This document shows positions 55,782-64,000 of a DNA stretch of 64,000 bases, one piece after another. This DNA comes from Candidatus Hydrothermarchaeum profundi (GTDB taxonomy: Archaea; Hydrothermarchaeota; Hydrothermarchaeia; Hydrothermarchaeales; Hydrothermarchaeaceae). A program made the position numbers and the translations under genes. The stretch covers positions 364,006 to 428,005 of the forward strand of contig MTMF02000009.1 of the NCBI GenBank assembly GCA_002011125.2, given 5' to 3'. The notes beneath the pieces are model-generated. The model was not told the DNA's origin. It saw nothing but the letters and a program-made list of their open reading frames with translations, and searched no databases. Numbering within the stretch: position 1 is the first letter of the stretch; each line of letters starts with the position of its first letter.

Positions 55782-57443
55782 TTGGAAATACGCCGATTGG
55801 AAATTTCGTTTTTAATAGTTATATATTTAATAGGATTATACTTTCGTTTGGCACCTAGGCTTGATATCAATCCTCATCTATTAACTTTTCAAGGGGATAT
55901 ATGGTACCGCATATGTATGGCACAGTTCATCTACGACCATAAAGCACTTCCCCACCCAGACATTAGATATTTAGCTTATGGATATGTCCCGATGTGGTAT
56001 CCTCCCCTCTCCCCAATTTTATTCGCACTGGCAAGCTATATATTAAAAATTGATATCCCAACCCTAAGCTCTAGAGTCATTCCTTTTATAGAATCCCTGA
56101 CGCCATTAAGCATTTATTTTCTGGCCAAGTATTTATATAACGAAAAAGTCGCCTTTATTTCTACTTTAGCCCTCGCGCTTACACCTTCTTTTATTTTTTG
56201 GTCAGGCATTTCAGACCCCCAATCCTTCACCCTTTTTATGATCCCTATACTCGTTCTATTATGGGTTGACTACTCTAGAAAGCAAGATATCTTCAAACAG
56301 AAGCGAGATCTTCGCAGGCTAATAGTAATAGGCGTGTTACTAGCATTTAATTTTCTGACGCATTTGTCCTATTTTCTCGAGCTTCTAATACTTTTCATGG
56401 TCACTTTAGCATTGATTGGTATTAGAGAAGCCAAAAAAAGCCTCGTTCTGGATTACTTTTTAGTGCTTGGAATTTCTCAAATTCTTACCGCCCCTTGGTG
56501 GGCTCTAATGGACTCAAAAACACTTTATTGGTGGTGGATTAAAGCCCTTGTAACATCGAGTGGACTATATTCAGCTACAAAACAGCTGAATGAATACGGA
56601 GTTATAGCGGCTATTCTAGGAATTCTTGGATTCATTTATATTACCCACCAATACATATTTCGCCGCAGGCTAAGAAATCTCATAATAATACTTTGGACTA
56701 TTCCTCTCTTTTTAGAGACCCAAAATGAGATAATAATCTCGGGTCTATCGATTGTTACTCCCTCTCTCGCTCATTCTTTAGAATGGTCAACGCTAGGTAA
56801 ACCATTGGAAGGATTTAGATTTTATCCATTCCTAGCGCAACCTATTTCATTAGCAATAGGAGTAGTGGTAACTGATATCGCGGCTAGAATGAATATATCA
56901 CTAAAAAAATCCGGCTACATATTTATTTTTTTGATCATTTCTTTTCTTGCGTGGGGGGTATACTATTATAATCTTGATGTCCGGTTCCAAACCTCAGGGC
57001 TTGTTATAGACGAGTATAATGCGGCTTTGTGGTTTAGGGAGAACTCTGGGCCAAATGATAGAATTATCGCGGACTATTATAGAGCACAGATGTTCGCAGG
57101 GGTCAATGGCGGAAAAGCTCTCTTGGGAGGCATGTTTCCACTTAGAAACTTAGAGTATCCCTATATTAAGGCACCAGGTCAGGTACAAAATGACTTGTAC
57201 GTCCTATACAAAACCTCGGATCCTAAAATAGCTTGGGAGATCGCTAAGAGGTATGGGGCTACTCATATTTTTTACTCTGATAATATGATCAGATACGGTA
57301 ATCTACTATCCTACTACAAACCCGCCAGCCAATACGGAGTAGATATAAGCAAGTCAAAATTTAATGATAACAGATATTTCGAAATTATATACAACTCCCG
57401 CTCGATCTACGGAGAAACTGTTATCGTCAAAGTAAAGGATTAA
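55782..57443 (+). CDS. GT-C fold integral membrane glycosyltransferase (PMT/ArnT/STT3-like)
   Basis: First loop R...GDIWY, YPP, about 11-13 TM helices and a soluble C-terminal domain (AALWFRENS...IIAD). Confidence 0.65.
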   Translation: MEIRRLEISFLIVIYLIGLYFRLAPRLDINPHLLTFQGDIWYRICMAQFIYDHKALPHPDIRYLAYGYVPMWYPPLSPILFALASYILKIDIPTLSSRVIPFIESLTPLSIYFLAKYLYNEKVAFISTLALALTPSFIFWSGISDPQSFTLFMIPILVLLWVDYSRKQDIFKQKRDLRRLIVIGVLLAFNFLTHLSYFLELLILFMVTLALIGIREAKKSLVLDYFLVLGISQILTAPWWALMDSKTLYWWWIKALVTSSGLYSATKQLNEYGVIAAILGILGFIYITHQYIFRRRLRNLIIILWTIPLFLETQNEIIISGLSIVTPSLAHSLEWSTLGKPLEGFRFYPFLAQPISLAIGVVVTDIAARMNISLKKSGYIFIFLIISFLAWGVYYYNLDVRFQTSGLVIDEYNAALWFRENSGPNDRIIADYYRAQMFAGVNGGKALLGGMFPLRNLEYPYIKAPGQVQNDLYVLYKTSDPKIAWEIAKRYGATHIFYSDNMIRYGNLLSYYKPASQYGVDISKSKFNDNRYFEIIYNSRSIYGETVIVKVKD

Positions 57444-57516
57444 ATTATTTACATGCAAGCTTGAGATAAAACTTAAATAACTACGAGACGAAAAACAAGG
57501 GCAAGGTGAAATTTTA

Positions 57517-60246
57517 ATGGGAGTTTGCCCGAAGTGTGGAGAGCCTATCTCTCCAGATGCAGAGTTTTGCTTGAGTTGTGGATGGAGGATCGTAGAAAAG
57601 GAGAAACCCCAAATAAAAGATTCTGAAGAGGATATAAAATTAATAGAAAAGGGAAAAGAATATATTGAATCCAAAAAGTATGAGAAAGCTTTAGAAAAAT
57701 TTAATGAAGCTTTAAAGCTTAAAAAGAGCCCTGAAGCATTGTTTTATAAGGCATTGACCTTGAAAGAGTGGGGTCTTTCTTTAGGCGATAATAAGAAGCT
57801 TAAATCTTCTCTTGAGATCTTTGCAGAATATGAAGAACTATATCCGCCGGACGCTAAACTGTGGTATAACAGGGGAGTAATTCTCGCTACCCTTGGAAAT
57901 TATAAAAAAGCGGCTGATTGCTATGAAAAGGCGTTAAGACTTGACCCCGGGAATCCTCTATATCGGAGATCATTAGAAACTATTGAAAAGCCTAAGGTGA
58001 GCCACGTAACTGAAAATGAAGGAGCGATTCTTAAAAAGGTGAACCTCTCTGAAAAGTTGGACCTTCCTTTTCCAAAAAATTATGTATGTTTGGTTTCTGG
58101 GCCCCCCGGAGTAGGAAAACATGAATACTGTCTTCAACTCGTAAAAAAATATCTGGAAAAAGGAGAAAACATAGTATACATTACCACAGAGAGATCTCCG
58201 ACAGAAATTAAAAAGATGATGCGCAGGTTAGGAGTCGATATTACCCTCTATGAAGGCAAACGATTTATATTCATTGATATATATTCCCATACAACCGGAG
58301 AGAGATATGAAAAAGCTCTCCGAGTGGATAACCCTGCCAATTTGAATGCTATTAGCGTACAGCTTTCAAAAGCTATTGACATCGTTGGAAAACCGGCGAG
58401 AATATTTTTCGATTCAATTTCTAATCTTTTCCTTTACGCGGCAGAACCAGAGATTAAAAAATTTTTCGGCACCCTTTCATCTAGGATTAAAAGCGAATAC
58501 GGTTTTATCCTTTACACCTTGCAGGAAGATATGCATGATGAAAAAACAGTGATTGCTCTCAAGGCGATGGTAGACGCTGTATTAGAGATGAGATTTGAAG
58601 AAGGTCCTCCACTCAAAAGATATTTCAGAGTACACCATGCCAAAGGGTTAAAAATATCTCCTCAGTGGTATGAGTTCACGATAGAGGAAGACGGAATTAG
58701 GATAGTAACAGAAAAAGTTGTTGAGAAGAAAAAAGTCAAACCTAAAAAAGTATCTACCACCATTATAAAAGCAGGAGTAGTGCTGATAATTTTAATTATT
58801 GGAACTATAGCTTTTCAACTAATTTCACCGGGAACTGAGAAAGAAGCAAGTGAAATTAGATTTGAACCGCCGTCACAACAACAAATCTCTCAACTACAGA
58901 AATGGATAGAGGATAATCCCGGTAAATGGGAAGAATTAAAGGCAAAATATAAAGTGGAAAAGCTTGAGGAACTATCTAAGGAAGAGGCTTCGCAAATAAT
59001 AGAAGAATTCGTTTCTGTATCTATTAACGAGATATACTCATTTTATCCAAATAAAATGGTAAGAATCAATGGAAAAGAGGTACCTGCCTTCATTGAGGTT
59101 AAAAACCGTATTGACCCCAAAGCCCCAAATAAGGGATGGCTCCTTATGGAAACTCCATTCTATAGGATAGAACTTAATCTAGACCATCCCTACTATCTAC
59201 TTAGAGATAAACTAAACAATCGAGATGTTCTCGTATATAACGATACGGTAGAAAACCCTATCGACATGATAACAGGCAGTGACATGGGATTTGCAGACCA
59301 TTCTGGGGAGAATAAGATACAGTGGTCCACGACGGCCTTACACGACTCTGACGGTATTACAAGATATAAGGTTGTTTTCGAAGATAAGAAAAATGGATTC
59401 GTGCTTATTGACACAGAGGGTTGGGATGTGCTCTCCCAAGAGCCTTTCTCTGGTTACGACATAGAAGGAGAAGTAATGTTTGGCTTATTCACTGATAGAC
59501 CATACTTTATCGATGCAACTGAGCTAAACAATTTGCAGGAAATGGGGCTAGCATTACCTAAGAAATTCCGAAACCCGGATGAGATTGTAAAGTCTTGGGT
59601 TCTCAACCCAGAGTACAGCTCAGCTGTGATAAAGGGGGGAGATCCAAATCACCTAAATAGGCGACTTTATGAAGAACTGTATGAGGTAAGGGATGTAGCC
59701 AATGTTGGGAGAAAACCTTACCACTTTGGGTCTACAGCCATATCCAAGATGTTCCCTACACATTACCTTTTCGGAGATAAAAGAAGTTTTGCAATAATTT
59801 TTTCATTGCCTGAAGGAAAATTCAGATGGGACGATTCATTAGGAGTATATGGCGAACAGATAACAGGTGAATTCATATTATATGTGGATAAGCCTCAACC
59901 AGCTGTATCTTTCTCTGTTGAACCTGTCAACGAGCTCGAGTTCCTTTACGATATAAAAGACTTTTCTACCATAGAAGGCTACCAAGAGTCTATGAAAGAA
60001 ATACTCCAGAAATACGGACTAGAGTATCCTGGGGAACCGATTGAATACGATAAGTGGGTTACAAAAAGATTCGCATATGTAATCACATTAACAAAAAACT
60101 GGTATAATCCTGCAACTAATAAGCCGATAGACGAAGCCTGGAACATCGCAGACAAAGGGCTTGAAGACTTTAAAAACTATGAAGACATAATATATAAGCA
60201 GATGGAGGCAACTTTACCACTAGCTTTGATGCTAGCCGGTAGATAA
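57517..60246 (+). CDS. Zn-ribbon / TPR / KaiC(RAD55)-like / TM / extracellular domain protein
   Basis: CPKCG..FCLSCG, about three TPRs, GPPGVGKH, YITTE, FFDSIS, TM helix GVVLIILIIGTIAFQLI and a ~470-aa C-terminal domain. Confidence 0.8.
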   Translation: MGVCPKCGEPISPDAEFCLSCGWRIVEKEKPQIKDSEEDIKLIEKGKEYIESKKYEKALEKFNEALKLKKSPEALFYKALTLKEWGLSLGDNKKLKSSLEIFAEYEELYPPDAKLWYNRGVILATLGNYKKAADCYEKALRLDPGNPLYRRSLETIEKPKVSHVTENEGAILKKVNLSEKLDLPFPKNYVCLVSGPPGVGKHEYCLQLVKKYLEKGENIVYITTERSPTEIKKMMRRLGVDITLYEGKRFIFIDIYSHTTGERYEKALRVDNPANLNAISVQLSKAIDIVGKPARIFFDSISNLFLYAAEPEIKKFFGTLSSRIKSEYGFILYTLQEDMHDEKTVIALKAMVDAVLEMRFEEGPPLKRYFRVHHAKGLKISPQWYEFTIEEDGIRIVTEKVVEKKKVKPKKVSTTIIKAGVVLIILIIGTIAFQLISPGTEKEASEIRFEPPSQQQISQLQKWIEDNPGKWEELKAKYKVEKLEELSKEEASQIIEEFVSVSINEIYSFYPNKMVRINGKEVPAFIEVKNRIDPKAPNKGWLLMETPFYRIELNLDHPYYLLRDKLNNRDVLVYNDTVENPIDMITGSDMGFADHSGENKIQWSTTALHDSDGITRYKVVFEDKKNGFVLIDTEGWDVLSQEPFSGYDIEGEVMFGLFTDRPYFIDATELNNLQEMGLALPKKFRNPDEIVKSWVLNPEYSSAVIKGGDPNHLNRRLYEELYEVRDVANVGRKPYHFGSTAISKMFPTHYLFGDKRSFAIIFSLPEGKFRWDDSLGVYGEQITGEFILYVDKPQPAVSFSVEPVNELEFLYDIKDFSTIEGYQESMKEILQKYGLEYPGEPIEYDKWVTKRFAYVITLTKNWYNPATNKPIDEAWNIADKGLEDFKNYEDIIYKQMEATLPLALMLAGR

Positions 60247-60257
60247 AAAAATATGAA

Positions 60258-61040
60258 GTGAGAGAAAGCATGATTGAGAGAACCCCAACCGGTATACCCG
60301 GACTTGATGAAATGTTAAATGGAGGTATCCCCAAAGGGTATACTGTACTAATCGCCGGAGGTCCGGGATCTGGTAAAAGTACCTTCGCAATGCAGGTCTT
60401 AGCTAATGGGGTATCCAAATATGGTGAGAACGGCGTCTATATTTCACTAGAAGAAAGAGCTACTGATATTATTAAAAACTTCTCTCCATTCGGATGGGAT
60501 TTGAGTAAAATAAAAATTATAAGCATGATCCCTCAGAAAGCGAGTCTCGCTAAAGATGTGAAGTATCTAAGCCCTGAGGAAGTGTCTGGTAAAGCTGAAG
60601 AAAAAAATTACCTAGAACTTAATCCTAAAAGATTCTCAGTCGACACAGCTAAAGATGTCATAATTAAAGAAGTAGCAAAAACTAATGCCAAAAGACTTGT
60701 TATAGATTCATTAGCAGGATTTTCAATGCAAATAAATGATCCCTTTGAAATTAGGCAAGAAATTCTAGGTCTTAGCAATCTACTCAATAACTTAGGGTGC
60801 ACCTCATTCCTTCTCACCGAGATGCCAGAAGGCCAAAAAGGCGTAAGTAGATACGGGATGGAAGAATTCATATGCCAGGGAGTCATAGCTTTATATAATA
60901 TAAGGAAAGGCAGTGAACGTGTACGTGGTCTGGAGATACTGAAGATGAGAGGTACTAAGCACAGTCAGAAGATAGTAATGTTAGAGATAGGTCCAAAAGG
61001 AGTTGTCGTCTACCCTGACGAAGAACTATATCGAGAGTAA
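60258..61040 (+). CDS. KaiC/RAD55/GvpD family ATPase (single domain)
   Basis: TGIPGLDEML.GG, GGPGSGKS, SLEE, VIDSL and LKMRGT motifs. The start may be ATG 60270. Confidence 0.92.
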   Translation: MRESMIERTPTGIPGLDEMLNGGIPKGYTVLIAGGPGSGKSTFAMQVLANGVSKYGENGVYISLEERATDIIKNFSPFGWDLSKIKIISMIPQKASLAKDVKYLSPEEVSGKAEEKNYLELNPKRFSVDTAKDVIIKEVAKTNAKRLVIDSLAGFSMQINDPFEIRQEILGLSNLLNNLGCTSFLLTEMPEGQKGVSRYGMEEFICQGVIALYNIRKGSERVRGLEILKMRGTKHSQKIVMLEIGPKGVVVYPDEELYRE

Positions 61041-62540
61041 TTAGGTTTTTATAGATTCCTGAATTTTATCTAAAACCATATCCGGCTTCTTGTAATAATC
61101 CTGAATCCATTTAGTGACTTCTTCCTGTTTTGTTATTCCTTTCCTCATTAGAAACTCAAGTATTATTTGCCTCTTCTGCATTTCTACGTTAACCTCATCT
61201 AACGATATCCCTGCTCTTTTAGCGATTTCCTGCATTAATCTACTGGGAGTACCTGTAGACTTTATTTTGTCTAACCTTGGATCGTACTCATAAATTCGGT
61301 TAAGCAATACTTTATCGCCCTCGGTTCCTGCAACTTCAGCTATTTCAGTTATCCTTCTCTTTATTTTACCCATAGCAACTATCCTATTTTGCATAATGAT
61401 AAGGTCCAAAGCAGGTATCATTATTAGAGGTACACTCATAGGCGGGTTTAATAATCTAGTGATGGTTTCGTTTGCCGTATTAGCATGACATGTGCCCATA
61501 TTACCATCATGCCCTGTATTCATAGCAACGAATAGCGTTGAAGCCTCTTCACCTCTTATCTCACCAAGTATTATTCTATCTGGACGCATTCTCAGAGTAT
61601 TTATAAGAAGCTGGTTAAAAGTTAGCCCACCCTTACCCTCAATATTTGGCGGTTTTGTTTCTAGTCTTATAAGATGTTTTAGCGGGAGCTGAAGTTCAGC
61701 TGTATCCTCAATTGTTATAACTCTATCATTTTTTGGAATAAAAGAACCAAGACAATTCAACGTCGTAGTTTTCCCAGAGCCTGTTCCACCAGATATTAAA
61801 ATATTAGAGGGTTTTACTCTTAAACCTTCTACTGCGATCCATAGAAAAGCACCCACTTCAGGCGTAAGAGTTCCAAAATTTAAAATATCTATAATGCTCA
61901 GAGCCTCTGCTCTAAATTTCCTTATTGTTATCGTAGAACCATCCAAAGAAGCCGGTCTTAAAGTAGCATTTACCCTATCGCCATTGGGTAGTCTGGCATC
62001 TAGTAGGGGATTGGCTGCATCTATCTTTCTTCCAGTGAACCTAGCGATTTTTTCAATTATTCTCTGAATGCTTTCATCATTTGTGAAAATGACGTTAGTA
62101 GGTATTGTACCGTATTTCCTATGCGCAACATAAACTGGAGCGTTTACACCTATAACCATTACTTCTTCCAAGTTATCATCTTGTAATAAAGGATCAATCG
62201 CACCATATCCTACCATGTTGTCAAGTACTATCGCCTTCATAGCCATTAGCTTTTCATTATCCGGGATCTCAAAATTTTCCATCTTTTTTAATCCGTCTTT
62301 TATGGCCTCAAGTTCCCCAAGCATTATTTTTAAAACATCCTCCTCTAATGCTTTCTTCTTTAAAGCGATATCAGTTACCGTTTCAACGTTTACGGTTACC
62401 TCTTTTATTGCCCGATCTTCTACGTCCTTCAAAAATTTTTTTTCAGCTAAAGTAAGGCGAGGAAGTTTGAGATGATAAGTAATATCATCCTCCTCTTCGA
62501 TAATCTCATAATTAGGCCCTGAGTCTAAAATTCGCATCAC
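61041..62540 (-). CDS. CpaF/VirB11 family secretion/pilus ATPase
   Basis: LDARLPNGDRVNAT, TIRKF, GGTGSGKTT, IEDTAEL, LRMRPDRIILGEIRG and MNTGH motifs. Confidence 0.92.
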   Translation of the reverse strand: MMRILDSGPNYEIIEEEDDITYHLKLPRLTLAEKKFLKDVEDRAIKEVTVNVETVTDIALKKKALEEDVLKIMLGELEAIKDGLKKMENFEIPDNEKLMAMKAIVLDNMVGYGAIDPLLQDDNLEEVMVIGVNAPVYVAHRKYGTIPTNVIFTNDESIQRIIEKIARFTGRKIDAANPLLDARLPNGDRVNATLRPASLDGSTITIRKFRAEALSIIDILNFGTLTPEVGAFLWIAVEGLRVKPSNILISGGTGSGKTTTLNCLGSFIPKNDRVITIEDTAELQLPLKHLIRLETKPPNIEGKGGLTFNQLLINTLRMRPDRIILGEIRGEEASTLFVAMNTGHDGNMGTCHANTANETITRLLNPPMSVPLIMIPALDLIIMQNRIVAMGKIKRRITEIAEVAGTEGDKVLLNRIYEYDPRLDKIKSTGTPSRLMQEIAKRAGISLDEVNVEMQKRQIILEFLMRKGITKQEEVTKWIQDYYKKPDMVLDKIQESIKT

Positions 62541-62618
62541 ATTATCTTTATAGTGTTCATACTAAAAATTTTTCCGCTATAGATAAACTTAATAAATGGG
62601 CTTGGCTTACATATCAAT

Positions 62619-62948
62619 ATGGAAAGACAGCGAAGACTTCCGGCTGTAGAAAGAAAAATATCAGATTTATCTCCAGAGGACTACCGTGTAAAAATTCTAG
62701 GAACCATTGTGGATAGGAATGAAGTTGATAATTCTGTAATGATAGACGACGGAACTGGAAGACTTGTCGCCTATTTTGCTAATGAAGAAGGTTTTTTAAA
62801 AGCGGAGGAAGGTAAAATAGTTAGATTAATAGGTAGAATAAGAAAAGAAGATAATTATGAAATGGACGTTGAGATAATTCAAAATATGGAGAAGTTAGAT
62901 ATAGGGTTATACGACCAGTTAAAGTATATAGAAGAAAAGTTGAGGTGA
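62619..62948 (+). CDS. Single OB-fold protein, RPA small-subunit (Rpa3/RPA14)-like
   Basis: RR.PAVERKI..L...D.RV..GT...IDDGTG pattern; directly upstream of pcn. Confidence 0.75.
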   Translation: MERQRRLPAVERKISDLSPEDYRVKILGTIVDRNEVDNSVMIDDGTGRLVAYFANEEGFLKAEEGKIVRLIGRIRKEDNYEMDVEIIQNMEKLDIGLYDQLKYIEEKLR

Positions 62949-62952
62949 TTAA

Positions 62953-63693
62953 ATGTTTAAAGCGCGCTTGGCTGACCCTAAAATATTGAAATACTCTATT
63001 GATGCAGTCTCCAATATGATAGATGAGGCAGGAGTGAGTGTTACAAAGGATGGACTCCGGCTTAAAGCAATGGATCCTGCTCATGTGGCATTAGTGGATC
63101 TTGAGCTTAAGAAAGAAGCTTTTGACGAATTCGAAGTAGAAGAGCCCCTTGTATTGGGTATTGACTTAGAAAGATTAAACACTATACTCAAGAGGGCTGG
63201 TACTGATCAAATACTCATACAGCTTGATAGTGAAAATAATGTCCTTAAAATAAGATTTAAAAATTCATCAACAAGGACTTTTGACTTACCACTCATTGAA
63301 GTTTCTGAAGAGGAGCTTAAAGTACCAAATCTGGATTTTCCAAGCCAAATAGAAATTCCACCAAAAATACTTAGCGAGAGCATAAAAGACGCAGAGATAG
63401 TAAGTGACCATGTAACCCTGATGGTTGATGAAGAAAACTTATTCATCTCAGCAAAGGGCGATTTAGGCAATGTTGAAGTTAAGGTCCCGAAAGATGAAGC
63501 AAAGTCCTTTGAGGTCTCCAAAAGTTGCCGTAGTATGTTCTCATTGGAATATTTAAAGGACATGATCAAAGCTAGTGATATAGCTGACTCGGTTAAAATA
63601 TATTTAGGGGACAATATTCCTGTGAGGATGGACTTTACAACAGAAAATGCTAGGCTAAGCTTTCTTTTAGCTCCCAGAATCGAAAGCGAATAA
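62953..63693 (+). CDS. pcn: DNA polymerase sliding clamp PCNA
   Basis: AMDPAHVAL.L, FSLEYL and LAPRIE motifs; SD GAGGTG. Confidence 0.97.
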   Translation: MFKARLADPKILKYSIDAVSNMIDEAGVSVTKDGLRLKAMDPAHVALVDLELKKEAFDEFEVEEPLVLGIDLERLNTILKRAGTDQILIQLDSENNVLKIRFKNSSTRTFDLPLIEVSEEELKVPNLDFPSQIEIPPKILSESIKDAEIVSDHVTLMVDEENLFISAKGDLGNVEVKVPKDEAKSFEVSKSCRSMFSLEYLKDMIKASDIADSVKIYLGDNIPVRMDFTTENARLSFLLAPRIESE

Positions 63694-63749
63694 TTTTTCC
63701 TACGGACTTGGATAAAATTAAATACATTTTATTTTAAATAGTCTGTATA

Positions 63750-64000
63750 ATGGGTATATTAGTTGATCCCTTAGCACCTGAAGCAAAGGAGCTGGTTAAG
63801 AAATCTGAAGCTATTATAGACCTTCCAGAAGAAGTATTTATATTGGCTGAAAAGAAAATCCGGTGGAAAAAAACCACTAAGAGGCCTCCGAGGGATTTAA
63901 TAGAATTAGAACCAGAGAAAGATGTTTTATCATATTATATTCTTTTTTTGATAGCTGGAATCAATTATAGTCCATATTCTAATGAAGTAAAACTTGTTAA
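63750..64000 (+). CDS. priL: DNA primase large subunit, 5' part (runs off the right edge; not in the ORF track)
   Basis: ATG 63750, open to the end: MGILVDPLAPEAKELVK...DVLSYY...YSPYSNEVKLV. This resembles the archaeal PriL N-terminus (DP....AKEL...YSPY..E..LV) and sits next to pcn. Confidence 0.75.
   Translation, partial: MGILVDPLAPEAKELVKKSEAIIDLPEEVFILAEKKIRWKKTTKRPPRDLIELEPEKDVLSYYILFLIAGINYSPYSNEVKLV

Noticed and set aside
57517-61040. Circadian clock (kaiABC)
   Set aside because: These are single-domain KaiC-like proteins with no kaiA or kaiB and no double-domain KaiC.
340-63614. Numerous short antisense or alternate-frame ORFs in the track (e.g. 11662-12096, 31406-31930, 45497-45973, 63207-63614)
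   Set aside because: They lie within well-supported genes, have shadow-like Ser/Phe/Ile-rich composition and show no motifs.

Overview
A dense, AT-rich chromosomal segment from a euryarchaeote-type archaeon. GatDE, PCNA, PriL, pelota, ABCE1, RqcH, Fae-Hps and Tfx support the archaeal call. TupABC, RuMP/H4MPT genes and a Thermococcales-like PriL N-terminus would fit a Hydrothermarchaeota-like anaerobe, but that taxonomy is inference only. There are about 65 CDS, two of which run off the window edges and are missing from the ORF track: a secreted FG-GAP-like repeat protein at 1-284 and PriL at 63750-64000. I found no rRNA, tRNA, CRISPR array or transposase. Most genes are housekeeping. The most unusual signals are: (i) a PyrD/PyrK-like pair whose catalytic Cys and two substrate-binding Asn are replaced, divergent from a Gfo/Idh/MocA enzyme that also lacks its catalytic His; (ii) a Zn-ribbon/TPR/degenerate-KaiC/TM/extracellular receptor-like protein followed by an intact KaiC ATPase; (iii) sharply bounded blocks of extreme third-codon-position skew in a tandem repeat and in a GAF domain; (iv) a candidate ~62-nt small RNA between gatD and gatE with an anti-Shine-Dalgarno-like loop and its own TATA-like box; (v) unusual DNA-repair architectures (wHTH-PrimPol head-to-head with nre, ERCC4-HhH-SAP, bacterial-type NurA-HerA); and (vi) two candidate ATA start codons. 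All family assignments come from motif recognition by eye, and no database searches were run.
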